Virus record (IMG/VR): IMGVR_UViG_3300028708_000002
Span: 1 to 56,419 of that record
Reading direction: 5' to 3' (one strand)
Source of the DNA: a virus
Lineage: Duplodnaviria; Caudoviricetes
Length of the DNA stretch: 56,419 nucleotides
Part shown: positions 1-8,937 of the stretch, in pieces
How positions within the stretch are numbered: the first letter of the stretch is position 1
Layout of the letters: each line of letters begins with the position of its first letter
The notes under the pieces: model-generated
What the model was told of the DNA's origin: nothing
The model's input: only the letters and a program-made list of their open reading frames with translations
The model's database searches: none
Made by a program: the position numbers and the translations under genes

Positions 1-138
1 CGAGGTCACCTTGACCGGCGAGAGGTCGACTGCCATCTGGCGGAGGTAGAAGTCCTCGCAGACGACCTTGGCTGAGGGCCAGGACAGCACAAGCTCGATC
101 ATCTGGTCCACCTGGCTCTCCCAGGGGCCAACGAACTC
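1..138. repeat. Terminal direct repeat, left copy (assembly overlap)
   Basis: 1-138 matches 56282-56419; the first 126 nt are identical, with mismatches at 127 and 130. Confidence 0.95.
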
Positions 139-276
139 GCCCGCCGACCAGTGTGCGACGTTCTCAAGGATCTTGTACTCAGGGTCCTCGATCGCCTCCC
201 GGTAGACCGACATCACCGCCCAGCCGGTCGTCCCTCCGGGGTCGAATGAGGCGCATGAGTAGAAGTCCTCATCCAT
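1..276 (-). CDS. RuvC-like Holliday junction resolvase, N-terminal part (continues at 56281-56051)
   Basis: ATG at 276 gives MDEDFYSCASFDPGGTTGWAV...VVCEDF; the DPGxTTG and E motifs match the RNase H-fold RuvC family. Confidence 0.75.
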   Translation of the reverse strand, partial: MDEDFYSCASFDPGGTTGWAVMSVYREAIEDPEYKILENVAHWSAGEFVGPWESQVDQMIELVLSWPSAKVVCEDFYLRQMAVDLSPVKVTS

Positions 277-508
277 CTTCGCCCCCGTCCGCGTTCACCG
301 TCCACGGTGCCGCGCCGACATTGATGATCATCGCTTCTACCCGTAGCCCGCCCTGCTCCAGCGCCTCCGGTAGCAACTCCTTCAGGCCCTCAATAGGCAG
401 TGGGCCATCGGTGAATCCCGTCAATACAAGCTGGAACGGCTTCCATCCCGTCACGCCCTCGGGCTCCACGACAAAGAAAGACTTGTGGCGGATAGGCTCA
501 GTCGTCAT
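269..508 (-). CDS. Hypothetical protein (79 aa)
   Basis: ATG 508 with GGAGG SD; ATGA coupling to the upstream ORF. Confidence 0.65.
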   Translation of the reverse strand: MTTEPIRHKSFFVVEPEGVTGWKPFQLVLTGFTDGPLPIEGLKELLPEALEQGGLRVEAMIINVGAAPWTVNADGGEDG

Positions 509-651
509 AGCGCCTCCAGGGCTGCGGTGAGTATGGTTGCGCCGATCCCCACTAGGAGAAGGGCAGCGCACACGGCGACCCACCAGCGCCACCCGGAGTC
601 CCAAACACTCTCCGGTGTCTCGTCTGGATTTGGTACCTCTCGCCAGCGCAC
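505..651 (-). CDS. Small membrane protein (48 aa, not in ORF track)
   Basis: GGAGG SD plus GTG; MRWREVPNPDETPESVWDSGWRWWVAVCAALLLVGIGATILTAALEAL, one TM helix. Confidence 0.6.
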   Translation of the reverse strand: MRWREVPNPDETPESVWDSGWRWWVAVCAALLLVGIGATILTAALEAL

Positions 652-684
652 ACTGCCCTCCCATAAAGATCGGCTCCAGACCTG

Positions 685-713
685 AGGCTAGGACTGGAGC
701 CGCGTTGCCGGAA
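685..713 (-). promoter_or_regulatory. Putative promoter TTCCGG-N17-TAGCCT overlapping a hairpin (671-702)
   Basis: 17-bp spacing; same pattern as the promoters at 17174 and 19370. Confidence 0.45.
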
Positions 714-720
714 GTAACCG

Positions 721-1023
721 TTACGGCGATTCGTCACCGAACGCCGAGGCCGGACCCTCTGCCCGCCACACGCCAGCCGCGTCACGGGACACAGGCAGCG
801 TCTCGGCCGCATGGCGTGAGCCAGGCCCCGGCTCAGCCTGCGGCACTGCTACCCGAAGCTCATCGAACGGCACCCCGTGCAGCTTGGCCAGCGACCAGAC
901 GATCCAGTCCCTGTCCTCCGCAGTCGGGCACATGCACACCTCGCGGAGCCCTCCCACGGCGTCCTGTGTGAAGATGGCATTACCCAGCCACCAGATCTTA
1001 GCCAACGGCGTCATCGCAGTCAT
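721..1023 (-). CDS. Hypothetical protein
   Basis: GGAGG SD and ATG; in operon. Confidence 0.6.
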   Translation of the reverse strand: MTAMTPLAKIWWLGNAIFTQDAVGGLREVCMCPTAEDRDWIVWSLAKLHGVPFDELRVAVPQAEPGPGSRHAAETLPVSRDAAGVWRAEGPASAFGDESP

Positions 1024-1085
1024 CTCTTCCTCCCATCAGGCCCATATAGGGCCACAGACTAGCAACACGAACAGAACAGCGAACA

Positions 1086-1373
1086 CTAGGAGCGTGGCGG
1101 ATTCCCAGGACAGCGATGCCGAGCGCGCTGGGCGGTGTACTCCTTTTCGCAGTAGAAGCAACCTGGGCCATCTATGGCTAGCAGGCTCTCGCCATCCAGG
1201 AACGGGGTGTGTCCCAGATCCATCAGCCGGTCGATGTTCGCCCGGTAGACCACTGCCCAGATCCATAGGTGCTCCCCGCCCCGCGCGTCGTACTCCGGTA
1301 TCCGGTCGACCTTCCCCGGCACCTCCACATGAGAGCCGGTGTCCACCCATTCCCGCAACGGCATCTCAGGCAC
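1086..1373 (-). CDS. Hypothetical protein with Cys motif (CFYC...C)
   Basis: Overlaps the upstream stop; phage-like ORF. Confidence 0.6.
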   Translation of the reverse strand: MPEMPLREWVDTGSHVEVPGKVDRIPEYDARGGEHLWIWAVVYRANIDRLMDLGHTPFLDGESLLAIDGPGCFYCEKEYTAQRARHRCPGNPPRS

Positions 1374-1566
1374 GGTCGTCCCATCTCTTCAGCGCGTCCA
1401 CGAACAGTAGCGCGGGCACTTCCTGGTTGCTGAACTGTCCGGTCGTGGCGTGCGACCCAACCCGGATCGCGCACCAGTAGGCGAGCGACCGGGGCAGCCG
1501 GAAAGCGATCCTCCGCCACCAGGTGTCAGCGCGCCGATTCTTCTCCCACCAGTGGATGTACATCAT
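1366..1566 (-). CDS. Hypothetical protein
   Basis: ATGA coupling. Confidence 0.6.
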   Translation of the reverse strand: MMYIHWWEKNRRADTWWRRIAFRLPRSLAYWCAIRVGSHATTGQFSNQEVPALLFVDALKRWDDRA

Positions 1567-1730
1567 GTCACCAACCAGTAGGTCACGAGAGCGATTGCCG
1601 TCACAAGGATCATGACAGCTGTCACAACATCGCTCAACCCGGCGCGAGCGAGCTTGGATAGTCCGACGTCAAGAGCAGCCATCCCTAGTGCCCAGATGAC
1701 GATTGAGACCGTCCACTGCCACCATTCCAT
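1563..1730 (-). CDS. Small two-TM membrane protein
   Basis: TGATG coupling to thyX; hydrophobic MEWWQW...YWLVT. Confidence 0.6.
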   Translation of the reverse strand: MEWWQWTVSIVIWALGMAALDVGLSKLARAGLSDVVTAVMILVTAIALVTYWLVT

Positions 1731-2782
1731 CAGGCACCGATCCGGTACCGAGGAGCCGGGAGGAAGGTCCGGTTGTCTTGCTTGGCCCACGGGAGGTCGC
1801 ACTGCCCCTCGACCGACTCCCACCCCTGGAAGGTGCACTTGTGGATGTCGCCTACGCCGTAGCAGTCCGGGCAGGGTTGATCCTTGCCATTGACCGCAGG
1901 GTAGTAGCCGTGCCCCTCGCAGGTCTCGCAGGGCTTGATGGGCTTCTCACAACTGATCTTGATGTACGGCTCCAGGAACGGGTGTGCCTCGATGACGATC
2001 CGCCGCGCCTCTCGGGCGTACTGCACCATCTCCCAGAGGAACATCGAGCAGCCCCGGTAGGCGAACACCGCAATGAACTCCCGCACGGTGTACTCACACA
2101 GGATGTAGTTGGTAGTCCCCTCCGGGAGGATGTAACGAGCGTCCTGATAGGACACTCCGGCGTCGCACGCGGCCTTGTACGCGGCCCACGACGCGACCAG
2201 CGCCTGCTTCCAGAGATCCGAGACGTTCGACCCCGCCCTGAACACGCTCTCCGGCCAGCGCTGGTTCGGCCGGTCCCCGTACCAGGTAGCCCGTTGGGAC
2301 TGCTGGTGATACGCTGCCTTGCGGGTACGGACAATCTGGTGCGTGAGAGCACGGGACGCGCCGGTCACCTGGAACACGAGCGTCTGGCTCTCAAGCGCCG
2401 CCTGGAGCCCGCCCCGCATCATCTCGTGCGCGTCCTCCTCGGTCTCCGGCTCATCGGGGTGAATGCCGGTCGTGGCCCGGAGCGCTCGCGACAGGACGCG
2501 CTTGAACGATGCCTCATCGATGCCCTGAATGAGTTCAACCTTCAGGTTGTCCACGCCGATGTCCACGCGCCCCTCATCGTACGGAGAGACGTGCGAGCCG
2601 TCGTTGTTGGAGTGGCTGGAGAAGTTCCTGTCAGACAGCAGCGCCGAGGGCCTGGATCCCTCGATGCCTCGCGGGTCGCGGGAGTACATGAGCCCGCTGT
2701 GCCAGGACGACCGGACCGAGGCCGGGTCCCAGTCCCCGTTGTACGGCTGTTGCCCCCTATGGCGCTCCAGCCACGTACTCAT
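1730..2782 (-). CDS. thyX: ThyX-like flavin-dependent thymidylate synthase homolog with C-terminal DnaJ-type zinc finger
   Basis: SRALTHQIVRTRKAAYHQQSQR (RxR-x7-S) and QDARYILP motifs; C-terminal CETCEGHG and CPDCYGVG. Confidence 0.85.
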   Translation of the reverse strand: MSTWLERHRGQQPYNGDWDPASVRSSWHSGLMYSRDPRGIEGSRPSALLSDRNFSSHSNNDGSHVSPYDEGRVDIGVDNLKVELIQGIDEASFKRVLSRALRATTGIHPDEPETEEDAHEMMRGGLQAALESQTLVFQVTGASRALTHQIVRTRKAAYHQQSQRATWYGDRPNQRWPESVFRAGSNVSDLWKQALVASWAAYKAACDAGVSYQDARYILPEGTTNYILCEYTVREFIAVFAYRGCSMFLWEMVQYAREARRIVIEAHPFLEPYIKISCEKPIKPCETCEGHGYYPAVNGKDQPCPDCYGVGDIHKCTFQGWESVEGQCDLPWAKQDNRTFLPAPRYRIGA

Positions 2783-3171
2783 CGGCGCGTCCTCTCCGGA
2801 ATCGGCGCGAACGGCTTGACGACCGGAGGCCCGGCCGGGAGGAGATCCGTGTTTGGGTGGAGGATCAGCTGCGCCTCCGCGATCGTGTGGAGGTACGCCG
2901 TGATCTCCTCCAAGGCGTCCAGGGTGGAGCCGAGCGTTGACTCCATGCTGTCCAGTCGCTCGTTGACGACCCGCATCTGGCGCCGGTCAGTCACGCCGCG
3001 ACGCCGGTACTCCTCGGCGAACTCAGCGAGGACTGCGCCCAGGAGCGCGAGGATCGTCAGCGCCCCGGCCGCAACCGCGAACCACCAGCGGTCCGCCCCG
3101 GCTCCGAGCGCGAACGCCGTTGCGCCGAAGCCCCACAGCGCCAGGAATAGGAACACACCTTTGAGTCTCAT
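2779..3171 (-). CDS. Membrane protein (2 TM plus coiled coil)
   Basis: ATG 3171 follows AAGGGAACTGAG; hydrophobic N-terminus. Confidence 0.7.
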   Translation of the reverse strand: MRLKGVFLFLALWGFGATAFALGAGADRWWFAVAAGALTILALLGAVLAEFAEEYRRRGVTDRRQMRVVNERLDSMESTLGSTLDALEEITAYLHTIAEAQLILHPNTDLLPAGPPVVKPFAPIPERTRR

Positions 3172-3172
3172 C

Positions 3173-3475
3173 TCAGTTCCCTTCATTGCATTCCCCGGTC
3201 CCGAGGAGGGCGGGGCAGTGCTTGCGTAGGTGCGAGAGGAGCCTGTTGCTGTTGTCGATAGCCCGATCCAATCGGCCATCTCCATGGCGCGCCCAGCCAG
3301 CATCAGTGATCTCCCCGGCAAGCGAGATGGTGGGCACCCCTTTGCCATCACGTAGCAGGGTCATGGTTTCGGGCCGGATGAGCCAGGATGATGTTCCATC
3401 CTTCCCGCTTGCAAACCGGACCTCGACAAGCACCAGTCCGGCATCGGGTATCCGTAGCGCATCCTCATTGATCAC
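3173..3475 (-). CDS. Hypothetical protein
   Basis: AGGAG SD and GTG start. Confidence 0.6.
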   Translation of the reverse strand: MINEDALRIPDAGLVLVEVRFASGKDGTSSWLIRPETMTLLRDGKGVPTISLAGEITDAGWARHGDGRLDRAIDNSNRLLSHLRKHCPALLGTGECNEGN

Positions 3476-3498
3476 AACAGGCTCCTCTCACGTCTCCT

Positions 3499-3527
3499 AG
3501 CCTCCCGAGGAGGCGCGGCTGCCGCTA
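3499..3527 (-). promoter_or_regulatory. Putative promoter TAGCGG-N17-GAGGCT
   Basis: Same motif pair at 49496-49525 and 51154-51183. Confidence 0.45.
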
Positions 3528-4106
3528 GGCCTGGGGGTTGTCCTTGATTGGTCTGCCACCCTGGTACAGCGGCTCGCCACCCCACTCCTCGTCGTCACGC
3601 TTCTCCTCGGCCGCGACCATCTCCAGGTCATCGTCGGCGGTGCCTCCCAGGCGCTCAGCCACGCCCTCATCAACAGCCACAGCCTCAGCCTCCGCAGCCT
3701 TGGCAGCCTGTTCCGCAATCACCTGACGCTCGTGCTCGGCGATGGACTCCGCGACCTTCTCCGGCGTCGTGTCGAGATCGCCCAGCTTGTGCATCTCGCC
3801 GGTCTTGCTGTTGAGCCCGTAGATCCCAGGCCCGTCAACCATCCCCTCGGCTGCGGCCTCCCGGATGGCCTCCTTGAGGACCTCCTTGTCGTCATCGTCC
3901 AGGTTCGCTCCGTCGCCGAGGATCGACGCCAGGAGCGCTACCTTGTCAGCCGCCGCGACCTCGCTGCGGAGCTTCTGCGCCGTGGCGTACATGATGGCCG
4001 CAAGCGTCATGGTGTCCTCCAACAAGACATCTGCCACGACGTCAACGCCATCCTCGCCGATCCGTGCCCGCCACAGCTGAAAGCGGTAGCTTGCCTTGGT
4101 GTCCAC
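3525..4106 (-). CDS. Acidic hypothetical protein
   Basis: Starts directly after the dnaE stop with a GGAGGAG SD. Confidence 0.75.
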   Translation of the reverse strand: MDTKASYRFQLWRARIGEDGVDVVADVLLEDTMTLAAIMYATAQKLRSEVAAADKVALLASILGDGANLDDDDKEVLKEAIREAAAEGMVDGPGIYGLNSKTGEMHKLGDLDTTPEKVAESIAEHERQVIAEQAAKAAEAEAVAVDEGVAERLGGTADDDLEMVAAEEKRDDEEWGGEPLYQGGRPIKDNPQA

Positions 4107-6395
4107 TTACTCCTCCTCCGGGTCAATGACCACGATCTCCTCTGCGTACATGCTCGCTCCAAAGCCTCCCTTGGACTTCCGTGCCCGCACATAGATGACA
4201 TCGTGTCCCGGCCTGATCTTTGACAGAGCCCGCTGCAGTCGCGGGTAGTCGAACCGGTTCACGCGGACGTACACATCCTCATCATCCGCGTCATAGCAGT
4301 GCAACACACAGGAGGTCGGGAGGTCGGGACGGCGCATCTCCTTTCTAATGGTCGCCACGTCCTTGCCGCTACGGGCGCGCTCATCTTCAATGAAGTCCTT
4401 GTACTCCTTCAGCTTGACGTAGCCCATCCAGTAGATCCGCGCGTCAGCCGGAGCGTCTAGGATGCCGTCGCTGTTGTGCGTAGGACGGGGCAGCGGGATC
4501 GAGCCGGAAGCGATATCGGCAGCCACAGCGGCCAGCCCGCGCCGCACGCGGAGCAGCCCGAACGGATCGTCAGACTCAAGCTGCTCGCGGAACTTCTCCA
4601 GCACGGCCGGACCGACCCCGTTCACCTCAAGGAGTTGATCAACCGACACCAGCGCCTTGCCCTTCTCCGCCGCGTACCTGTCCAGCTTTCGCCCCAGGAC
4701 CTCGCCCACCCCGTTCAGCTGGGTGTAGCCTGCCAGGACCTCGCCGGAGCGGATCGTCCACGAGCTACCCGACGCGCCGAGGACGACGCCGCGAACCTTG
4801 ATGCCGTGCTTCTCCGCATCCTTGATGAGACGCGCCCACTTCTCCTTCGGGAGCTTCGCCAGCTGCGCCGCATAGAACGCCTCTGGGTAGTGGACCTTCA
4901 TGTACTGCGCCCAGAATCCGATCAGCGTGTAGGAGAGGCTGTGCGCGTACACAAAGGCGTAGGACGCGGAGGTCACGACCCGCGACCAGACCTCCATCGC
5001 TAGCTTCCGCGAGACCCCGTGGAGGTCGGCGCTCCGGTTCATGAAGTCCTCGGCCGATGTGTTGAACTGTGCCTCGCCTAGCTTCTGCGAGATGATGCGC
5101 CGGATGTCGTGGACGCGCCGGAGCGGGAGCCCACCGAACGTCGAGAGCGCCCGCAGGATCTGCTCCTGATAGATGATGGTCCCTTTGGTACCCTTGGTGA
5201 TCTCATCGATGATCGGGTGCAGCGATACCATCTCCCGCTTGCCGTACTTGACGTCGATGTACTCGGCTGTGGTGCCGCTGAACAGAGGACCGGGGCGGGA
5301 CAGCCCGTTGATATCAACACACTCCAGGAAGGAGTCCGGCTTGACGTCTCGGGTCACTAGCCGCGTGGCCCGCCCCTCAAACTGGAAGATGCCGACCACG
5401 TCACAGCGCCGGAACGCCTCCAGCGTCTCGGGATCGTCGGTCGGGATCGCGTACAGATCCTCCAGGCTCATCCCGACCTCGGCGATAGCGCTGGCGAGCA
5501 TCCCCATAGTCTTCAGTCCAAGTAGGTCGATCTTCATCAGCCCGAGGTACTCAGCGTCATACTTGTTCACCGAGACGGCGACGGTCCTCCGCCCCTTCGC
5601 GTCCTCGCGCTCATACTGTGCGCAGACCTCGGCGATGGGTGTGTTGGTGATGATGAGTCCGGCGGAGTGGGTCGACATCCCCCGGTAGTTGCCCTCCAGT
5701 GCCACTGCCATCTTAAGCGCCGGGTGCTTCTCCAGGATCTCCGCCGCTTGCGGGAACATGGCGAGCGTGTCCTCAAGCGTCGCGTCCGCACGGGAGTCTC
5801 CACCCGACCGGTCGATGATCATATCCTTCAGAGCCTCGGCGTCGCTCTTGGGGATGCGGTAGACGCGCGCTACATCATCGATCGTGTTGCGGCCCTTGAA
5901 CTTGGTGAAGGTCCCGACGTTACCGACCCTGTCCTGATTGAACTTCTCTGCCGCGTGCGCCTGAACCTCGTTGCGACGCCCATCGTCAAAGTCGATGTCG
6001 ATGTCTGGTGGGTCCTCCCGGCCGGGCACGATGAACCGGGAGAAGTCCATCAGCGGGTAGAGCAACGGGTCGACCTCGGTGATGCGGAGAAGGAAGCACA
6101 CCAGCGACGCAGCCGAGGAGCCGCGCCCCGGACCGACTGCGATGCCGTGATCCTTGGCGTACCTGACGATGTAGGAGACCACAAGGAAGTAGTCCACGAA
6201 GTCCTGGCCTACGATCAGCCTCATCTCCAGCCTGATCTGGTCGACCGATCCCGGTTGCGGAGTCCAGCCGTGTGCTAGCCGGTACCGCCATCCCTCACGG
6301 AGCCAGTCCCACAGCAACTCTTCGGACGGGATAGGCCTGCCAGTACCAGACCGGTCGCGCTCCTTCACAGGGGCGAGCCGTGAGCTTGTTGCCAA
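4107..6395 (-). CDS. dnaE: DNA polymerase III alpha (DnaE), catalytic part without PHP domain
   Basis: GPGRGSSAASLV, PDIDIDF, KIDLLGL, GIFQFE, RPGP and YQEQ motifs. Confidence 0.93.
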   Translation of the reverse strand: MATSSRLAPVKERDRSGTGRPIPSEELLWDWLREGWRYRLAHGWTPQPGSVDQIRLEMRLIVGQDFVDYFLVVSYIVRYAKDHGIAVGPGRGSSAASLVCFLLRITEVDPLLYPLMDFSRFIVPGREDPPDIDIDFDDGRRNEVQAHAAEKFNQDRVGNVGTFTKFKGRNTIDDVARVYRIPKSDAEALKDMIIDRSGGDSRADATLEDTLAMFPQAAEILEKHPALKMAVALEGNYRGMSTHSAGLIITNTPIAEVCAQYEREDAKGRRTVAVSVNKYDAEYLGLMKIDLLGLKTMGMLASAIAEVGMSLEDLYAIPTDDPETLEAFRRCDVVGIFQFEGRATRLVTRDVKPDSFLECVDINGLSRPGPLFSGTTAEYIDVKYGKREMVSLHPIIDEITKGTKGTIIYQEQILRALSTFGGLPLRRVHDIRRIISQKLGEAQFNTSAEDFMNRSADLHGVSRKLAMEVWSRVVTSASYAFVYAHSLSYTLIGFWAQYMKVHYPEAFYAAQLAKLPKEKWARLIKDAEKHGIKVRGVVLGASGSSWTIRSGEVLAGYTQLNGVGEVLGRKLDRYAAEKGKALVSVDQLLEVNGVGPAVLEKFREQLESDDPFGLLRVRRGLAAVAADIASGSIPLPRPTHNSDGILDAPADARIYWMGYVKLKEYKDFIEDERARSGKDVATIRKEMRRPDLPTSCVLHCYDADDEDVYVRVNRFDYPRLQRALSKIRPGHDVIYVRARKSKGGFGASMYAEEIVVIDPEEE

Positions 6396-6454
6396 TTGCC
6401 CATCCCTTCATCGGTATCTCCCGGTCCAGACGGTAACGGTTGCGCGCGGCGCGC

Positions 6455-6748
6455 TCATTCAGGTGCCTCAATAACGCGCGGCGCTTGTACGGAGGTAGAT
6501 GCTCCAACAGGTAGCCCCGCAGCGGTTCCATCGGAGACCGGTCGATCATCATCACCAACGGTTCCAACACAGTCGCCTTTCCAGTCCTCATGTTCCCACG
6601 GCCACCACACGACCGGGCAACCCCTCTCGCATACCATCACCGGGATCTTCTGCCTCACACCGCCGAACGTCCATCGGTGCGGGAGCGTGACCTCCGGCCT
6701 CGGTGCGGCCGGGCGAGCGAGACTCCCCAGCCACCTACGGATACCCAT
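6455..6748 (-). CDS. Hypothetical protein
   Basis: GAGGAGAGG SD and ATG. Confidence 0.55.
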   Translation of the reverse strand: MGIRRWLGSLARPAAPRPEVTLPHRWTFGGVRQKIPVMVCERGCPVVWWPWEHEDWKGDCVGTVGDDDRPVSDGTAAGLPVGASTSVQAPRVIEAPE

Positions 6749-6818
6749 TTGCCTCTCCTCACATACCTACAGTCCCAGGACCGAAAGCATACGGGACAAG
6801 GCAGGTAGCTTCCCCAGC

Positions 6819-7031
6819 TCACTTCTTTGGTGCGTCGCACGGACCGTGATGAGCGTAGTGGAGCCGACAGGCCAGGTTAGAGCACGGTCCCTTGATGTCG
6901 CGCAGTTCCGTCTCCCGGATCAGGAGGACGTTCACCAGCGCCGACACTTGGCTCTGCAGGCGCTTGATGGTCGCCTCATCCTTCCCGCCCCGGCCAGGCT
7001 CCGATCGCACCGGCTTCATCCTGTTACTCAT
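6819..7031 (-). CDS. Hypothetical protein (coiled coil plus Cys/His tail)
   Basis: Overlaps the PHP gene stop. Confidence 0.6.
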   Translation of the reverse strand: MSNRMKPVRSEPGRGGKDEATIKRLQSQVSALVNVLLIRETELRDIKGPCSNLACRLHYAHHGPCDAPKK

Positions 7032-7974
7032 TCCATCTCCTGTCGGATTCCGTTCCGGCGAACCGGAACCGTGCGGCCTTGGGAAGGGTTACGTTGCAGC
7101 GCCCAGCGATCACACCTGTGTTGCGGAGCGCCTGCCGTGCGCCGTCCTCGCTCAGGCCCGCCCGCAGCGCGCGCTCCCAGATCCCTTCCGTGACAACAGC
7201 TCCGTCGTCATCGAGCACGTTCGTGTCGCTGAGGGGCGGGTAGTCGGGCACGTCGTACTCCCACGAGGACAGTTGCTGAGCGATACTGTTGGTACCGCGA
7301 CCAGCCGCGTGAAGCAGCGCTCTCATCTCGCTCTGGCCGGGCAGGAGGGTATGGACGTCGGAGGTCGCCACGAGCGGAATCCCCAGCTGTCGATGCATTG
7401 ACTCATAGATCGTGTTGATCTCAATCGAGCGCTGAAGCTCCGGGAAGATCTGACACTCCAGATAGAACCGGTCGCCGAGGAGGGCCTGGAAGCGCTCGGC
7501 TAGCTCCAGGGCCTTGAACACACTCGCCTGCTCCACAGGGATCATCTTTCCGCCGAGGAGAGTACAGGCGAGGAGCGAGTCAGAGCATCCTGATAGGACG
7601 ATCAGGCCCTCGTGGTGATCCCGCAGCATCGGCCCGAGGACGGTGGGCCACTTGTGGAAGCCCTCGGCCCACGACCGGGTGCACAGCCGCATCAGGTTGG
7701 CGTAGCCGTCCTGGTTCATCGCCAGCAGGGTAAGATGGCACTTCCGGTCGCTCTTGGGCTCCAGCGCGGTGTACGCCTCCAGCCCGAAGATGGGCTTGAT
7801 GCCTGCCTTCAGCGCAGCCTTCTCCAGGCCTACATGGGAGGAGACATTGCCGTGCTCAGTGAGCGCAAGCGCCGTCATACCTAGCTCGACGGCACGAGCG
7901 ACGTGCTGCGCCGGAGTCCCATAGGCGTCCATGTAGGAGAAGGTCGAGTGGTGATGAAGGCTCACGTACTTCAA
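7024..7974 (-). CDS. dnaE: Stand-alone PHP domain of DnaE (likely proofreading exonuclease)
   Basis: TTG start coupled to the upstream stop; LHHHSTFSYMD, TEHG, GLEAY, HLTLLA, SGC and TSDVH metal ligands. Confidence 0.9.
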   Translation of the reverse strand: MKYVSLHHHSTFSYMDAYGTPAQHVARAVELGMTALALTEHGNVSSHVGLEKAALKAGIKPIFGLEAYTALEPKSDRKCHLTLLAMNQDGYANLMRLCTRSWAEGFHKWPTVLGPMLRDHHEGLIVLSGCSDSLLACTLLGGKMIPVEQASVFKALELAERFQALLGDRFYLECQIFPELQRSIEINTIYESMHRQLGIPLVATSDVHTLLPGQSEMRALLHAAGRGTNSIAQQLSSWEYDVPDYPPLSDTNVLDDDGAVVTEGIWERALRAGLSEDGARQALRNTGVIAGRCNVTLPKAARFRFAGTESDRRWNE

Positions 7975-8078
7975 CGCCGGTGCCCCCGCTGCTGGCAGTG
8001 GTACATCTGTGACAGGCGACCGATCACATACCCGACGATCACCCCTGCGAAAGCAGCGGTGAGGATTGCGTAGCCCAT
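7971..8078 (-). CDS. Small membrane protein (35 aa)
   Basis: TAATG and TTGA coupling; MGYAILTAAFAGVIVGYVIGRL. Confidence 0.55.
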   Translation of the reverse strand: MGYAILTAAFAGVIVGYVIGRLSQMYHCQQRGHRR

Positions 8079-8257
8079 TAGATCCTCCCTCGCATATGGT
8101 CCTCAAGGTGCTTCGCCATCTCGGCGGAGCCCTCCTCGGTCGTGTCCGTCTCCTTCGGACACCGGGCGCACCGGAAGGTACGGCCCCAGTTAGCCATCAG
8201 GACGTTGCGGGCGAAGCTCTCCGGCGTCAACGGTTGCGGTTGCGGGTCCTCGCTCAT
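8078..8257 (-). CDS. Small C2H2-like zinc-finger protein (59 aa)
   Basis: TGATG coupling; CARC...HLEDH. Confidence 0.55.
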   Translation of the reverse strand: MSEDPQPQPLTPESFARNVLMANWGRTFRCARCPKETDTTEEGSAEMAKHLEDHMRGRI

Positions 8258-8469
8258 CAGTCTCCTCCCCAGTCGGGATCGTATGCCTCGCGGTAGGCTG
8301 CGCCTAGCTCATCGGCGTCGTCTTGTTTCCGGCCCCACTTCTGATGGAATATGATCTCGCATTCGCAGGGCACACCCTCCCTCTTCCCCTTGGGGACACG
8401 CCACTGCGGGCACTCCATGTAGTGCTGCTTCTCCATCCTCCTCCGCTTGTGGTCGTCTGTTTGGCTCAT
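8257..8469 (-). CDS. Hypothetical protein (H/C motif)
   Basis: ATGA coupling. Confidence 0.55.
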   Translation of the reverse strand: MSQTDDHKRRRMEKQHYMECPQWRVPKGKREGVPCECEIIFHQKWGRKQDDADELGAAYREAYDPDWGGD

Positions 8470-8666
8470 CGCAGACCTGCCTGGGACTGGAGCCGCTTGA
8501 TGTCCTCCATGCGCGCGAACTGGCATCGCCGACAGCGGAGGTCGAGATACGGGCGCTTGCTCCGGCCCCGGACACGGCGTGGGAAGTCCGTGCCCGGCCG
8601 CAGCTGACCGCAGCCGTTACAGGACGCAGCGAGGAGCGTTCTCTCACCCGCCCGCAGCGGCCACAC
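8466..8666 (-). CDS. Small zinc-ribbon protein
   Basis: CNGC...CRRC. Confidence 0.55.
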   Translation of the reverse strand: MWPLRAGERTLLAASCNGCGQLRPGTDFPRRVRGRSKRPYLDLRCRRCQFARMEDIKRLQSQAGLR

Positions 8667-8937
8667 GGTGAGCCTCCAGTCGCGCGCAACAGGCCGTGAT
8701 GGCGGTGGCGTACATGGTCACTGCTGACATGTGGAAGTCAACAGCCTTGTAGGCGTCGCCCCGGTCCTGATCATCCCGCCGCGCGATCCGGAGCGCTACG
8801 GCATCGCCGTGCGCCTTGTGCTTCAGCCGCATGTCCGCGTGATCCCACTCGGCTGAAGCCCTCTCAAACTCGTGAAGATGGTGGACCAGCCTTTCGGTCA
8901 TGTACTCCACGTCATACTTGTTCGGGTCAGCGTTCAC
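8644..8937 (-). CDS. Hypothetical helical protein
   Basis: In operon, overlapping both neighbours. Confidence 0.6.
   Translation of the reverse strand: MNADPNKYDVEYMTERLVHHLHEFERASAEWDHADMRLKHKAHGDAVALRIARRDDQDRGDAYKAVDFHMSAVTMYATAITACCARLEAHRVAAAGG

Noticed and set aside
1703-3229. 508-aa plus-strand ORF, and similar ones at 22861-24306, 32044-33921, 38748-40121 and 46669-47688
   Set aside because: Antisense shadows of well-supported minus-strand genes in high-GC DNA; no motifs or RBS.
6295-6591. 98-aa ORF overlapping the dnaE start
   Set aside because: It overlaps both dnaE and the better-supported 6455-6748 ORF and has no clear SD.
6396-7023. Intein or group I intron splitting dnaE
   Set aside because: No Cys/Ser start or His-Asn end, no homing endonuclease, and both halves have their own start and stop.
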